A DNA stretch of 64,000 nt, taken from contig JANNWR010000124.1 of the NCBI GenBank assembly GCA_031408715.1, positions 8,021-72,020 of the forward strand, written 5' to 3'. A model generated the notes under the pieces. It worked only from the letters and a program-made list of their open reading frames with translations, ran no database searches and was not told the DNA's origin. A program made the position numbers and the translations under genes. The stretch comes from a bacterium (GTDB lineage: Bacteria > Eisenbacteria > RBG-16-71-46). Shown here piece by piece: positions 10,284-22,178 of the stretch (the stretch's first letter is position 1; every line of letters begins with the position of its first letter).

Positions 10284-11573
10284 TCACTCGTAACGCAGGG
10301 CATCGACCGGGTCGAGCCGGGAAGCGCGCATCGCCGGATACAGCCCGCAGAAGATGCCGGTGAATGTCGACACGGTGATCGCCGCGATGACCGACCCGGC
10401 CGAGACATACGTGGGAAGTCCCGAGAGCGTCCGCACGAGGACTGCCACCCCGCTCCCGAGCAGGATGCCCATCCCGCCGCCAAGAAACGTCAGCATGACG
10501 GCCTCGAGCAGGAACTGTAGCAGGATCGCCCGCCGGGGTGCGCCGAGCGCCTTGCGCACACCGATCTCGCGCGTCCGTTCGGTGACCGCGACCAGCATGA
10601 TGTTCATCACACCGATGCCGCCGACCAACAAGGCGATCGACGAGATGAGCATCATGAGCGCCACGATGCCGCCCGTGATGGTCTGGTAGATCGACATGAA
10701 GGCGTCGTCGGTGAACACCTCGAAGTCGTCGCCTTTGTTGGACGGCACCTGCCGGCGGATGCGCAGCGCGGTCTTGATCTGGCGGATGGCCTCGTCGGTA
10801 TGCTCGGGATCGATCGCCACCGCATCCAGGAACACGTAGCCTTTCTTCGCGTACCACGGCGGTGCATTGGCGGGCACGGCCCAGTACTTGTCCGAGACCG
10901 TCCACGGGATGCAAGCCATCTCGTCGAAGTTGTTGCCGAGGAAACGCCCCTTGGCCTCGAACTCGCCGATGACCGTGAACGGAATGCCGTTCAGGTGCAC
11001 CGTCTGGCCGATGCCGCTGCCGTCGCGGAACAGGCTCTCGCGCGTGTCCTTGCCGATGACGACGACGTTGGCACGGCGCTGGACTTCCTGGGCGGTGAAG
11101 AAACGGCCATTCGCCAGATCGAAGCCGCGCGTACGCAGCAATCCCTCGTCGGCGCCGAACGTGATCGTCGTCTTGGTCCTGCGGTCCCGCCAGGACAGAC
11201 GGATGTCCGCCCACGTGTTCTTGACCGGGGAGACCGCCGACAGCGCCGGGGCGTATTGCTTGAGCGCCGCGGCATCCTCGAGCGTGAACGCGCGGCGCCG
11301 GCGCAGGCTGTCGGGTATGCCGTTGCTGAACGCGACGCCGGGCCGGAAGGGCCGGATATAGATCGTGTTGTTGCCGAACGACTGGATGCCCTTCTCGAAC
11401 GAGCGCTGGAAACCATTGATGAGCGACCCCATGCCGATCACGGTCGCGACACCGATGACGATACCGAGCAGCGCCAGCGCGGAGCGCATGCGGTTGGCAG
11501 CCAGCGCCTGACGCGCGATGCGGAAGGTCTCGGAGAACAGGCTCGAGGCGGTCATGAGCGTACTCTGCCGCAT
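10284..11573 (-). CDS. MacB-type ABC transporter permease (MacB periplasmic domain plus FtsX domain), paralog 1
   Basis: N-terminal [21 protein letters not shown], a large periplasmic domain, and the C-terminal FtsX signature [27 protein letters not shown]. An alternative ATG lies at 11555. Confidence 0.85.
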   Translation of the reverse strand: MRQSTLMTASSLFSETFRIARQALAANRMRSALALLGIVIGVATVIGMGSLINGFQRSFEKGIQSFGNNTIYIRPFRPGVAFSNGIPDSLRRRRAFTLEDAAALKQYAPALSAVSPVKNTWADIRLSWRDRRTKTTITFGADEGLLRTRGFDLANGRFFTAQEVQRRANVVVIGKDTRESLFRDGSGIGQTVHLNGIPFTVIGEFEAKGRFLGNNFDEMACIPWTVSDKYWAVPANAPPWYAKKGYVFLDAVAIDPEHTDEAIRQIKTALRIRRQVPSNKGDDFEVFTDDAFMSIYQTITGGIVALMMLISSIALLVGGIGVMNIMLVAVTERTREIGVRKALGAPRRAILLQFLLEAVMLTFLGGGMGILLGSGVAVLVRTLSGLPTYVSAGSVIAAITVSTFTGIFCGLYPAMRASRLDPVDALRYE

Positions 11574-11673
11574 TGTCCGTAACAGGTCGAGTGCGCACTT
11601 CAGCCGCGTGGGCCGTGCTCGCGGGAAAGGTCCGGACCCCGGCGACGAGGACCGGGATCAGCCCCCTCCCCGC

Positions 11674-12945
11674 TCACTCGTAGCGCAGGGAATCGACCGG
11701 GTCGAGCCTCGAAGCGCGCATGGCAGGATAGATGCCGAAGAACACGCCGATGAGCGTCGAGACGAGCAAGCCGACGACCACCGACCACGCCGACACGAAC
11801 GTCGGCAAGGGCGACACCGCATGCACGATCGCCGAGACTCCGGCTCCGAGCAGGATGCCGAGCGCGCCACCCAGAGCAGTGAGCAGGAGCGCTTCGAGCA
11901 GGAACTGCAGCAGGATCGCCCGGCGTGGCGCACCCAGCGCCTTGCGCACGCCGATCTCACGCGTCCGTTCGGTGACTGCCACCAGCATGATGTTCATGAC
12001 GCCGATGCCGCCGACCACCAGCGAGATGGACGAGATCAGGAACATGAGGGCGAAGATGCCGCCGGTGATCGTGTTGTACATCGAGATGAAGGCGTCGTCG
12101 CTGAACACCACGAAGTCGTTGAGCTTGTCGCTCGGCAGGTGGCGACGGACGCGCAGCACCTCGCTGATCTGCCGGATCGCCTCCTCGCTCTGCTCCGGCG
12201 TCACCGCGATGGCGTCCAGGAACAGCTCGCCCTTCTTCGGGAACCATGGTGGCGCATCGGCCGGGGTGCCCCAGTACTTGTCGACGAGCGGATACGGGAT
12301 GCACGCCACCTCGTCGAAGTTGTTGCCGAGAAAACGCCCCTTGGGTTCGAACTCCCCGATGACCGTGAACGGCACGCCGTTCAACCGGACCGTCTCCCCC
12401 AGCCCGCTGGCATCCCCGAACAGCGATTCGCGCGTGTCCTTGCCGAGAACGACCACGTTGGCGTTGCGCTGGATCTCGGTGGCGGTGAAGAACCTCCCGC
12501 GCGCCAGGTCATAGCCGTGCGTGCGCAGCAACTGATCGTCCGTACCGTAGATGAACGTCGTCTTGGTGGTCTTGTCACGACGCGCCAGCTTGATGTCGTA
12601 GTACGCGAACTTGAAGACCGAGACCGCCGCCACCGCCGGCGACTGATCCAGGATCGCGGAAGCATCCCCGATGGTGAAGGCCTTGCGGGCTTTGAGCGAA
12701 TCGGGGACTCCACCCGAGAACTGGATCCCGGGACGGATGCGGCGGATGTACAGCGTGTTGTTGCCGAACGCCTGCAAGTTCTGCTGGAACGAGCGCTGGA
12801 AGCCATTGATGAGTGCGACCATACCGATCACGGTTCCGACGCCGATGACGATCCCGAGCAGGGCGAGTGCGGAGCGCATGCGGTTCGCAGCCAGTGCGCG
12901 GCGGGCGATGGTGAAAGTCTCCCCGAACAGGAACCGGAAGTTCAT
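11674..12945 (-). CDS. MacB-type ABC transporter permease, paralog 2
   Basis: Same architecture as paralog 1, with long stretches identical to it ([35 protein letters not shown]). Confidence 0.85.
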   Translation of the reverse strand: MNFRFLFGETFTIARRALAANRMRSALALLGIVIGVGTVIGMVALINGFQRSFQQNLQAFGNNTLYIRRIRPGIQFSGGVPDSLKARKAFTIGDASAILDQSPAVAAVSVFKFAYYDIKLARRDKTTKTTFIYGTDDQLLRTHGYDLARGRFFTATEIQRNANVVVLGKDTRESLFGDASGLGETVRLNGVPFTVIGEFEPKGRFLGNNFDEVACIPYPLVDKYWGTPADAPPWFPKKGELFLDAIAVTPEQSEEAIRQISEVLRVRRHLPSDKLNDFVVFSDDAFISMYNTITGGIFALMFLISSISLVVGGIGVMNIMLVAVTERTREIGVRKALGAPRRAILLQFLLEALLLTALGGALGILLGAGVSAIVHAVSPLPTFVSAWSVVVGLLVSTLIGVFFGIYPAMRASRLDPVDSLRYE

Positions 12946-12949
12946 GCGA

Positions 12950-14163
<1,214 letters not shown>

Positions 14164-14167
<4 letters not shown>

Positions 14168-14907
14168 GCGACAGCCGTCGGGAGCGGAGGGACCATCGAT
14201 GGACCGGATGCCCTGGGAGCACGGGGGCTCGGGTTGACCTGATCACTCTCGATCCTGCCGTCGCGCATGCGCACGATCCGGCGCGCGTGCTCGGCGATCT
14301 CGGCCTCGTGCGTGACGAGAATCACGGTGTTGCCCTGAAGCCAGATGGCCTCGAACGCCGCCATGATCTCCTCGCCCGTCTTGGAATCGAGATTACCCGT
14401 CGGCTCGTCGGCCAGGATGATGCTGGGCCGATTGACCAGCGCCCGCGCGATCGCGACTCGCTGCCGCTGGCCGCCCGACAGCTCGTTGGGCTTGTGAGTC
14501 ATGCGATCCCCGAGGCCCACCAACTGCAGCGACTCCTTCGCGCGCTTGCGGCGCTCCTCGTGCTTCATGCCGGCGTAGACCAGAGGCAGTTCGACGTTGT
14601 GGAGCGCGTCGGCACGCGCCAGCAGGTTGAACGTCTGGAACACGAACCCGATCTCGGCGTTCCGGATCTGCGCCAGCTCGTCGTCCGTGCGTTCGGCGAT
14701 CTGCTTGCCGTTCAGCTGATAGGAACCCTTGGACGGCGTATCGAGGCAGCCGAGGATGTTCATGAGCGTCGACTTGCCCGAGCCCGAAGGTCCCATGATG
14801 GCGACGTACTCGTTCTTCTCGATGTCGAGATCGACACCGTCGAGCGCGCGCACCTCGCTCTCGCCCACCTGATAGAGACGGTGCAAGTCGCGGATCTGGA
14901 TCAACAT
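14164..14907 (-). CDS. ABC transporter ATP-binding protein (MacB/LolD-type NBD, not fused to a permease)
   Basis: Walker [10 protein letters not shown], signature [15 protein letters not shown], Walker [13 protein letters not shown] chose the ATG at 14907 ([12 protein letters not shown]), 7 nt downstream of the adaptor gene stop. Confidence 0.9.
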
Positions 14908-14914
14908 GGCAGGC

Positions 14915-16207
14915 TCACTTGCCCGACTTCGCGCCGGCCTGCTCGCGCTTGACCTTGGCACCGGGCTTGAGCTCGCGCAGGGCCTTGTAGGGACCCGACA
15001 CGACCGCGTCGCTTTCCTTCAGATCACCAAATACTTCGATCATGGTCTCGCTGGCAAGACCGGCACGCACCGGGACGAACTTGGCCACACCGTCGACCAC
15101 CGCGAGCACACCCGTGATCTCGGGATCCTTGCGTCCTGCGGTATCGTCCTCGGCCGCGAATGCGTCCTTGTTCTTCTTCGGAGCTTTGACCTTCGCGGCC
15201 GACTTGCCGCGCGCGGCCCGGTCGAGCTGGCTCTGCGTACGGATGATGACCGCCTGGATCGGCACCGCCAGCGTCTTGGCGTGGGTCCCGGTCTCGATGT
15301 CGACGTCGGCGGTCATGCCCGGGCGCACATCCGGGACATTGTTGTCGAACACGACCTTGACCTCGAAGTTCGTCTGGCCGTCGACCGACGAGATGGCCGA
15401 CCGCTTGGCGGTGTTGCCGATCTCCGTCACCGTGCCGACGAACGAGGTGTCGGGAAACGCATCGACCGAGATCTTGGCCTTCTGTCCGACCTTCATGTCC
15501 ACCACGTCGGTCTCGTCGACTTCGGCACGCACCAGCATACGCGACAGGTCCGAGACCACCATGATCTGCGTTCCCGCGTTGTTCATGGTTCCAGTGACGA
15601 CGATCTCGCCCTTCTCGACGTTGAGCGCACTCACCACGCCATCGAACGGAGCGATGAACCGGCACTTCTTGAGATTGTCCGCCGCGCCATCGACCGCCGC
15701 CTGCGCCCGGGCGACCTCTTCCTGCGAGGTGGCCAGCGCGACACGCGCACCTTCGTGGGCATTCGATGCCGCGTCATACTCGGCCTGGCTCAGGAGCTTC
15801 TGCTCGAACAGCGACTGCTGACGCTGCCAGTTGGAATCCGACGTGCGCATGGCCGACTCGGCCTCCCGTACGCGCGCCTTCCCCGACGCCAGCGCCGCAG
15901 TTGCCTGCTTCCAACCTGAACGGTACTGCGTGTCGTCGATCTGCAGCAGCAGCGCACCGCGCCGGACCGCATCACCCTCCTTGATATTGAGGACGGTGAC
16001 CTTGCCGGGGATGTCGGCGCTGACCTTGACCTGAGTCTTGGGTTCGATCTTGCCGGGAGCGCGAACGCGCGACGTGACGTCTTCGCGACGGACCTTGGCG
16101 AGCTGCACCGACTCGACCTTGCCCTTGGCGTTCTTGGCGATGCTCAGTCCCACCAGAGCGACGACGACGATGACGCCCAGCCCGATCCAGATGCCCTTCT
16201 TATTCAT
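14915..16207 (-). CDS. Efflux transporter periplasmic adaptor subunit (HlyD/MacA family)
   Basis: N-terminal TM anchor, lipoyl-like and coiled-coil hairpin regions, and beta-barrel motifs ([27 protein letters not shown]). Confidence 0.85.
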   Translation of the reverse strand: MNKKGIWIGLGVIVVVALVGLSIAKNAKGKVESVQLAKVRREDVTSRVRAPGKIEPKTQVKVSADIPGKVTVLNIKEGDAVRRGALLLQIDDTQYRSGWKQATAALASGKARVREAESAMRTSDSNWQRQQSLFEQKLLSQAEYDAASNAHEGARVALATSQEEVARAQAAVDGAADNLKKCRFIAPFDGVVSALNVEKGEIVVTGTMNNAGTQIMVVSDLSRMLVRAEVDETDVVDMKVGQKAKISVDAFPDTSFVGTVTEIGNTAKRSAISSVDGQTNFEVKVVFDNNVPDVRPGMTADVDIETGTHAKTLAVPIQAVIIRTQSQLDRAARGKSAAKVKAPKKNKDAFAAEDDTAGRKDPEITGVLAVVDGVAKFVPVRAGLASETMIEVFGDLKESDAVVSGPYKALRELKPGAKVKREQAGAKSGK

Positions 16208-16225
16208 GGAAGCGACCTCTCCTCT

Positions 16226-17599
16226 TTACTCGGCCTTGCCGCGCACGCGGTCCACTGCGGCTTCGGCGACTCGGATGTCAGCCAGCGCGGACACAAGGTC
16301 GCTCTGGGCGCGCTGCAACTGGACTTGGGAATCGATGAGATCGAGGATCGTGGCGGATCCGACGTTGTACTTCTGCTGGACGAGATTGAGATTCTCGGCC
16401 GCCGAAGCCAGTGTCTGCCGGGCAAGGTCCTCGCGCTCCGTTGCTTCCTGGTAGCCGAGGAGCGTGAGTCGGACTTCGCCCTCGAGACTACGCACCAGGG
16501 CGTCGCGGGTTGCACGCGCATGCAGGAGATTCGCGCGCGCGGAAGCGATGCGGGAATCCGTCTGGAAGCCGTCGAAGATGGGGATCGAGAGGAACAGCGC
16601 CGCGGAACGCGAAGGATCGGACTTCGTCTCCGTGTCCTGACGGCCCACGCCGAGCAAGGTCGTGCCGGTCGAATCCGTGTAGAAGTCACGCTGCGACTGG
16701 GTGCGCGTCCGGGTCGAATAGTCGAGTGAGCCGGAGAGCCGCACGGATGGCAGGCGTTGGAAGCGAGCCGCATTGAGCCCCGCCTGCGCGGCGCGCACGT
16801 TGAGTTCGGATGCTTTGAGGTCCGGCCGTGCGGCACCCGCCTCGCTCAAGACCGTCGCCATCTCGAAGGTGCGTGTCGAACCACTCAGCGTGGTGTCCAC
16901 GTCGGCCATGTCCGATTCCGGCACCGTGAGCAGTGTCGCCAACGAGATGCGAGCGCTGATGATGCCGTGGTTCGAGAGTAGCGAATCGAGCTGGCTCTGG
17001 GAGGTGCGGACACGCGCCTTGAGCAGGTCGCTCTTCGAGACCGAGCCGACCTCGTACAGCGCCTTCACGCGGCGCTCGTCATCGCGAGCGAGTTTAAGCG
17101 AACTGCTCGCGACTTCCGCCAGCCGGATGGCGCGAACGACGCCGTAGAACCGGCGGCGCGCCTCCAGTGCGATGTCGTTCCGTGTCGCCTGCTTGCTGAG
17201 CCGAGCACCGCGCATCGACTGGCGCGCGGACGACAGCTGGCTCCAGTTACTGAGATCCAGGACCGACCAGCTCGCGCTCAGCGACGGCGACTTGTTGGTC
17301 TGCTCGAACGAGCGCGTCCGATAGAACAAGGTCGACGAGCCGAACTGGATCGCCTGCAGGTCGCCGTTCGGGTCGAGCTTCGTGTTCTGGATCGAGTAGT
17401 CCCCGCTCACCGAGGGCACTACACCGCTGTAGGCGCTCCACAGTCCGCTGCGGGCCGACAGCACGGAGGCCTCTGCATTGATCACGGAGGAGTTCTTCTG
17501 CAGGGCGATCTTCACCGCCTCGTCAGCGGTCAGGGGGGCGGTATGGCCAACGCCGGGCGCGGCCAGCATCACGAGGGCGAGCAGCAGCATGGGACGCAT
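16226..17599 (-). CDS. TolC-family outer membrane efflux protein
   Basis: Internal ATG at 17599 gives MRPMLLLALVMLAAPGVGHTAPLTADEAVKIALQKNSS, which is a signal peptide followed by the typical TolC start. GGAG-rich sequence lies upstream. Repeated OEP-type helices are present. The longer ORF to 18325 overlaps yip1 and is Arg/Pro-rich. Confidence 0.8.
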   Translation of the reverse strand: MRPMLLLALVMLAAPGVGHTAPLTADEAVKIALQKNSSVINAEASVLSARSGLWSAYSGVVPSVSGDYSIQNTKLDPNGDLQAIQFGSSTLFYRTRSFEQTNKSPSLSASWSVLDLSNWSQLSSARQSMRGARLSKQATRNDIALEARRRFYGVVRAIRLAEVASSSLKLARDDERRVKALYEVGSVSKSDLLKARVRTSQSQLDSLLSNHGIISARISLATLLTVPESDMADVDTTLSGSTRTFEMATVLSEAGAARPDLKASELNVRAAQAGLNAARFQRLPSVRLSGSLDYSTRTRTQSQRDFYTDSTGTTLLGVGRQDTETKSDPSRSAALFLSIPIFDGFQTDSRIASARANLLHARATRDALVRSLEGEVRLTLLGYQEATEREDLARQTLASAAENLNLVQQKYNVGSATILDLIDSQVQLQRAQSDLVSALADIRVAEAAVDRVRGKAE

Positions 17600-17691
17600 C
17601 GGAGGAGACTCTCCTTCAAGGACCAACCGCGGGACGACCCCGCAGGTCAGGGACTGTACGGACGGGAGTGGTACGGAGTTGCCGCCCGGCA

Positions 17692-18489
17692 TCACATGCC
17701 GGAACTGGTGAATGCGGCGACCGCGGCGGAGAACGCCACGAACGCCAGATACAATGTCACGAGCACCCACGCGACACTCCGGCGGGGGGCGCCAGCAAGC
17801 GCCGCGGTGCCCAGCACGAGTACGGCCAGATACCACGCGGCGAATGGCGAGATGGCGTCCAGGAACACCGTGAGGCCGGTGTAGAGCTTGGTATGGGTCT
17901 CCGGTTCCGGAACCAACACGCCCAGCCCCAGGTGCAGGCCCTCGAATGACTCTCGGGCCCAACCGTAGCCGTAGCGGATGAAGGACGCTGGCAGGTTCAC
18001 CAGTGACGCCCAGGAAACGACGGTCAGGCCCTGCGAGAACCGGAAGCGCGCTCCGAGCACGAAACCGGCCCCGAACCACAACACCAGCGCCTGAAGCAGC
18101 ATGAACAATGGGATCACGATGACGATCGAGCCCAGGATCCACGCCAGTGCAGCCGGACTGTCGGTGAAGAACGCCTGCATGCTGTCCAATTGGGACGCCT
18201 GCATCTGGCCGTTGGCAACCTGCTGCTCCCATTTCTCGAACATGTCGGGCAGGAGCACGCGGCGGAACGTGGTCGCCGACAGTGCGACCTCCAGAACGAT
18301 CATGATCAGGAGCGGAAACCACCATTGTCCGCGCTCCGATAGCCCCACCCAGGCCTCGGAGGGCCGGGAGAAGATCCGGAGCATCCGAGTGAACGGGGAC
18401 AGCGCCGGCGCGGACGAGGGCGCCGGGCTCATGGGTTCAGCGATGGACATGGTGGGCTTGCTCCGGGAGGGCGGTTCCGGGAGGTCCAT
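17692..18489 (-). CDS. Yip1-domain polytopic membrane protein
   Basis: 265 aa with about 5 TM helices. The N-terminal region FSRPSEAWVGLSERGQWWFPLLIMIVLEV resembles bacterial Yip1/DUF1282-type proteins. The true start may be an internal ATG at 18450. Confidence 0.55.
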   Translation of the reverse strand: MDLPEPPSRSKPTMSIAEPMSPAPSSAPALSPFTRMLRIFSRPSEAWVGLSERGQWWFPLLIMIVLEVALSATTFRRVLLPDMFEKWEQQVANGQMQASQLDSMQAFFTDSPAALAWILGSIVIVIPLFMLLQALVLWFGAGFVLGARFRFSQGLTVVSWASLVNLPASFIRYGYGWARESFEGLHLGLGVLVPEPETHTKLYTGLTVFLDAISPFAAWYLAVLVLGTAALAGAPRRSVAWVLVTLYLAFVAFSAAVAAFTSSGM

Positions 18490-18507
18490 GATGGACCGGG
18501 GGAAGCA

Positions 18508-18536
18508 AAGTTATGCGCCCCCCACGAGCCGGTCAA
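18508..18536 (-). promoter_or_regulatory. Sigma70-like promoter candidate (TTGACC-N17-TAACTT) upstream of the yip1/tolC/efflux operon
   Basis: On the minus strand, TTGACC lies at 18536-18531 and TAACTT at 18513-18508. It lies between the tonB hairpin and the yip1 start. Motif match only. Confidence 0.35.
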
Positions 18537-18694
18537 ACCCTCCCGGCTCAGGCGCGGGAAGCCGCCGACAGGCGCGGTGTCGAGGGGTCTGAGTCCCCGG
18601 CGGACAGCGCGCCTGACATCTCCCGGACGCCACGCAATCGACCATTGGAGCAACGCAAACGCACGTGAGGTTCGCCAGCGAGCAGAAACACCAC

Positions 18695-18726
18695 GGGCGC
18701 GCTGTCCACTGAGGACCAGCGCGCCC
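18695..18726 (-). terminator. GC-rich hairpin downstream of tonB, a candidate intrinsic terminator
   Basis: Perfect 10-bp inverted repeat GGGCGCGCTG (18695-18704) / CAGCGCGCCC (18717-18726) with a 12-nt loop. On the minus strand it is followed by GTGGTGTTTCTGCT. It lies 28 nt after the tonB stop. Confidence 0.4.
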
Positions 18727-18753
18727 GCGCGAGGCGAATAGCGGCGGTGCGGA

Positions 18754-19479
18754 CTAGTGCAGGCTGAACTTCACCGGCACGCCGACCCACACGGCCACGG
18801 GTTTGTTGTTCGAGAGCGCCGGCTTGAACACCCACTGCCGCACGGCGGTCTTCGCCGACTCGTCCAGCATGGGGATGCTCTTCACCACACGCACGTCCTT
18901 CACTTTTCCATCCTTGCCGACCAGTGCCTGCACCATGACGGTACCGTCGACGCCGGCCTCACGGGCAAGATCCGGATACGTCGGAGGGACGCGCGTCACT
19001 GCTTCCGGGAGTTCCTCGACATAGACATAGTCGCCGAACTTCGGCATCGCGTCATCAGACGGCGCAACGACGATCGGACCGTCGCCGGTCTCGGCGACAC
19101 CGGGCGTGGAGGTCGAGATCTCCTCCTGCGTCATGATCGTCTGCTCCTCGGGCGCTTCCGCATCCGGCACGGGGACCGGGATCGCGGCGGCCGGCGGAGC
19201 AGCAGCCGGTGAGACCTGAACCTGAGGAGGCGGCGTGTCCTGCGACAGCGGCGGAGGAGCGGCCAGGTCGCTGACCTGCATCTGCACGACCGGGATGGCC
19301 TTCTGCTGCTGGGCGACGATCAGGTTCACCGTGAACATGATCAGGAACACGGCCATGATCGAACCGATGCCCGCCAAGGTGGCGCGGAACATGTACTTCT
19401 TGGCCACCTCCATGAGTTCCGGAGCCCCATAGGGCATGAACTCATAGAGACTCGGGCGTTCTTCGCTGGCCGGGCTCAC
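18754..19479 (-). CDS. tonB: Energy transducer TonB
   Basis: N-terminal TM, a Pro-rich linker (PPPLSQDTPPPQVQVSPAAAPPAAAIPVPVP), and the C-terminal TonB domain YPDLAREAGVDGTVMVQALVGKDGKVKDVRVVKS. GTGA overlap with the exbD stop. Confidence 0.85.
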   Translation of the reverse strand: MSPASEERPSLYEFMPYGAPELMEVAKKYMFRATLAGIGSIMAVFLIMFTVNLIVAQQQKAIPVVQMQVSDLAAPPPLSQDTPPPQVQVSPAAAPPAAAIPVPVPDAEAPEEQTIMTQEEISTSTPGVAETGDGPIVVAPSDDAMPKFGDYVYVEELPEAVTRVPPTYPDLAREAGVDGTVMVQALVGKDGKVKDVRVVKSIPMLDESAKTAVRQWVFKPALSNNKPVAVWVGVPVKFSLH

Positions 19480-19976
19480 AAGGCCTCCACTTCTAGCTTC
19501 TCTTTGTCCTCGAGCGGAGTGATCGAGAAGCGCGACAGCTTGGCGGCATGCAGCTCATCGAGAGCGTTCACCATGTTCTCGAACTCCGCCTCGCGGTCGA
19601 CCTTCACGATCATGATCTTCTCGTTCCGCCCGTTGTAAGGCGCGAGCACATCCCGCAACTGAGCGACCGACGACCGCGCCCACGGTGCGGAGGAAGCGCC
19701 GTCCTGCCAGTACAACCGGCCATCCGCCAGGATCCGGATCAGGAACGTCTTCGACTTGCCGACGTCCTGCGTGATCTCCTTCGGAGGCAGGTTGATCTCC
19801 AGGGCCTTCGGTGTCCGAAAGACCGTCGTGACCATGAAGAAGATCAGCAGCAGGAAGGCAACGTCGACCATGGGCGTCATGTCCATGCGGATGCCCAGAC
19901 GGCGCTTCGGGCGACGGCCCGAAAGCCCGCCCTTCTTCTTGCCACTGCTTCTATCGGGGGTGTCTACCGCTCCCAT
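19476..19976 (-). CDS. exbD: Biopolymer transporter ExbD/TolR
   Basis: Contains the ExbD signature DMTPMVDVAFLLLIFFMVTT. Confidence 0.85.
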   Translation of the reverse strand: MGAVDTPDRSSGKKKGGLSGRRPKRRLGIRMDMTPMVDVAFLLLIFFMVTTVFRTPKALEINLPPKEITQDVGKSKTFLIRILADGRLYWQDGASSAPWARSSVAQLRDVLAPYNGRNEKIMIVKVDREAEFENMVNALDELHAAKLSRFSITPLEDKEKLEVEAL

Positions 19977-20000
19977 GACTTACCACCGTCCTTCGCGGGG

Positions 20001-20474
20001 CTACCTACCGGTGAGTGCACCGGCGCCCTTCTTGAGGTTGGTCTGGACGTTGAATCGCGTCGCATTGGCCTGCTGTAAACCAGCCACCATGTCCGCCACG
20101 ATCCCGTAGTGAGCGCCCTTGTCCATCTTGACGACGACGCGAGCGGCCGGGTTCGCCGCACGAGCACGTTGCAGGGCCGGCCCGAGGTCGCTCGTGAGCG
20201 ACAACGGGTTCAACTCGATCGTTCTCTCCGTCACACCTTCCGCCGTACGCTCCTTGAAGACGACCTTGACGGCAGGAGCCTTGGTGACGGCGATGGTGAT
20301 GACGTCGGACTCGGGCGACTTGGCCTCGGAGTTCGACTTGGGCAGATCGATCTTGTCTTTCTCCGGCGGCTGGAACTGCGTCGTCGTCATGAAGAAGATC
20401 AGCAGGAGGAACGCCACGTCCACCATGGGCGTCATGTCCATGCTGACTCCGATGCGCCGCTTCTTCTTGAGCAT
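20001..20474 (-). CDS. exbD: Biopolymer transporter ExbD/TolR (second copy)
   Basis: Contains DMTPMVDVAFLLLIFFMTTT. It is a paralog of the downstream exbD. Confidence 0.85.
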   Translation of the reverse strand: MLKKKRRIGVSMDMTPMVDVAFLLLIFFMTTTQFQPPEKDKIDLPKSNSEAKSPESDVITIAVTKAPAVKVVFKERTAEGVTERTIELNPLSLTSDLGPALQRARAANPAARVVVKMDKGAHYGIVADMVAGLQQANATRFNVQTNLKKGAGALTGR

Positions 20475-20493
20475 GAGAGGCTCCGCGCGCCGG

Positions 20494-21240
20494 TTAGCGC
20501 TTGTCGGAGGCCGAAGCAGCGAGGAGCTGGAGCACCTCGTACGACGCCTCGTCCATCATGTAATTGAAGTTGTCGACGCGGGTCACGAAGACGTTGTACA
20601 TGACGATGCCGAGAATGGCGACGAACAGACCGCCGGCGGTGTTGATGAGGGCTTCGGAAATACCCACGGCGAGCTTCGAGGCATCGACGGCACCCGAGGT
20701 GCCGAGTGCGGCGAAGCTTCGGATCATGCCCATGACCGTTCCGAGCAGACCGACCATCGTGCTGATCGACGCGATGGTCGAAAGCGCGATGAGGTTGCGC
20801 TCGAGCAGCGGCGTCTCGAGGCCCGAGGCCTCCTGGATGGCAGCCTGCGTCTCGGCGACGACCTTATCCTTCGGCGCCTGTTCCTTCTTCAGCAGGTTGT
20901 AGCGCTCGAGGCCGGCGCGCATGACGTTCGCCGCCGAACCGCGCTGCTGGCCGCACAGTTGGATCGCACCATCGACGTCGTTGTTGTGGAGCTTCTTGCG
21001 CACGTTGTTCAGGAAGTCCGGCAGTGAACCGCGGCCCTGCGCCTTGTTGAGGCTGAGCATGCGCTCGATGACGAAGGAGATCTGCAGGATCAGCAACATG
21101 ATGAGCATGGCCACCAGCGGCCCGGCCGACTTCATCTGGTGCCCGAACTCCTCACCGGCGATCTCCGGCATGAACCACCACAGCGTCACAGAGATGATGA
21201 GTGCCGCGAAGAAGCCCAACGGAACAAGGAAGCGATTCAT
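20494..21240 (-). CDS. exbB: MotA/TolQ/ExbB proton channel protein
   Basis: 248 aa with 3 TM helices. The C-terminal motif GLLGTVMGMIRSF...ISEALINTAGGLFVAI is typical of ExbB/TolQ. Confidence 0.85.
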   Translation of the reverse strand: MNRFLVPLGFFAALIISVTLWWFMPEIAGEEFGHQMKSAGPLVAMLIMLLILQISFVIERMLSLNKAQGRGSLPDFLNNVRKKLHNNDVDGAIQLCGQQRGSAANVMRAGLERYNLLKKEQAPKDKVVAETQAAIQEASGLETPLLERNLIALSTIASISTMVGLLGTVMGMIRSFAALGTSGAVDASKLAVGISEALINTAGGLFVAILGIVMYNVFVTRVDNFNYMMDEASYEVLQLLAASASDKR

Positions 21241-21405
21241 GAGTGGAAGATCCTCCGAGGCCGCCCCGCAGGCGGCACCGTACGGTCTGGTCTGGCGTCG
21301 GGCATAGAGCCCTCTACCTTGTGGACCACGCCAGGCGCGATCCCGTGACGAGTGCTACGAGTGAACTGCGACCGGCCGGTCCGCCGGGTGCTTCGGGGTA
21401 CAACC

Positions 21406-21753
21406 TCACGCCTCGGGCATGAAGGCGACGATGGCCTGTTCTTCCGAGTCGTGATGATCGAACACCATGATCAGCTTGGTCATGGTGAACAGATCCTTGA
21501 GGCGCTTGCCAAGCAGGCAGAGCTTGATCTCGCCGCCGCGACTCTTGTAGTTGGCGTAGCCCCGCATCAGCGAGCCGATCGCCACGGAGTTGAGCGCTTC
21601 GCACTCAGCCATGTTCAACACCAGCATCTTGTTGCCGGCGGCTGCTTCGGCCATGACCGCTTGTTCCAACTCGTCGGTCTCGGTATCCCCGAAGAACCGC
21701 CCCTTGGGCGAGAGGATGACGATGGTTCGGACTTCCCGGCGCTTCACGGCCAT
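21406..21753 (-). CDS. STAS-domain protein (anti-sigma-factor-antagonist fold), 115 aa
   Basis: Pattern IVILSPKGRFFGDTETDELEQAV...KMLVLNMAECEALNSVAIGSLM...GGEIKLCLLGKRLKDLFTMTKL matches the SpoIIAA/RsbV-like layout. A Ser sits at the position corresponding to the phosphorylatable serine. Confidence 0.8.
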   Translation of the reverse strand: MAVKRREVRTIVILSPKGRFFGDTETDELEQAVMAEAAAGNKMLVLNMAECEALNSVAIGSLMRGYANYKSRGGEIKLCLLGKRLKDLFTMTKLIMVFDHHDSEEQAIVAFMPEA

Positions 21754-21766
21754 TCCGCCTCCGTCC

Positions 21767-22123
21767 CTAGACCGATTCCCGTTCGACGAAGCTGGCGATC
21801 GCCTGCTCCTCGGTCGGGTAGACGTCGAACACGAGCGACAGCTTGGTGATCACGAAGATGTTCTCGATGCGCTTGTCGACGGCCGCAAGTTTCATCTGCC
21901 CGCTGCGGCGCACATAGCTCGAGTGGGCCGAGATCAGCACCCCGAGTGCGGTCGAGTTCAGGTGCTGGGTCTCGCTCAGGTTGATGATGAGGTGCTTGTT
22001 GCCCTCCTCCCCGAGCGCCTTGATGCCGCGCTCGAGTTCCTCGGTCTCCTCGCCGCCCGTCAGATAGCCCTTGGGCGTGAGGATGGCGATGGTACCCACC
22101 TGCCGGCTCTTCATCGTGGACAT
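21767..22123 (-). CDS. STAS-domain protein, 118 aa, paralog of the downstream gene
   Basis: IAILTPKGYLTGGEETEELERGI...KHLIINLSETQHLNSTALGVLI...SGQMKLAAVDKRIENIFVITKL. It lies 13 nt upstream of the second STAS gene. Confidence 0.8.
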   Translation of the reverse strand: MSTMKSRQVGTIAILTPKGYLTGGEETEELERGIKALGEEGNKHLIINLSETQHLNSTALGVLISAHSSYVRRSGQMKLAAVDKRIENIFVITKLSLVFDVYPTEEQAIASFVERESV

Positions 22124-22178
22124 CCGTTCCTCCTGGGGCCACGGCGCGCGGAACGAACCACGCGGCCGAGGTCGGCGA

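Noticed and set aside
16226-18325. A 699-aa version of the TolC-like ORF.
   Set aside because: The N-terminal 242 codons overlap the Yip1 gene in another frame and are Arg/Gly/Pro-rich. A signal peptide with an upstream GGAG-rich site begins at the internal ATG at 17599.
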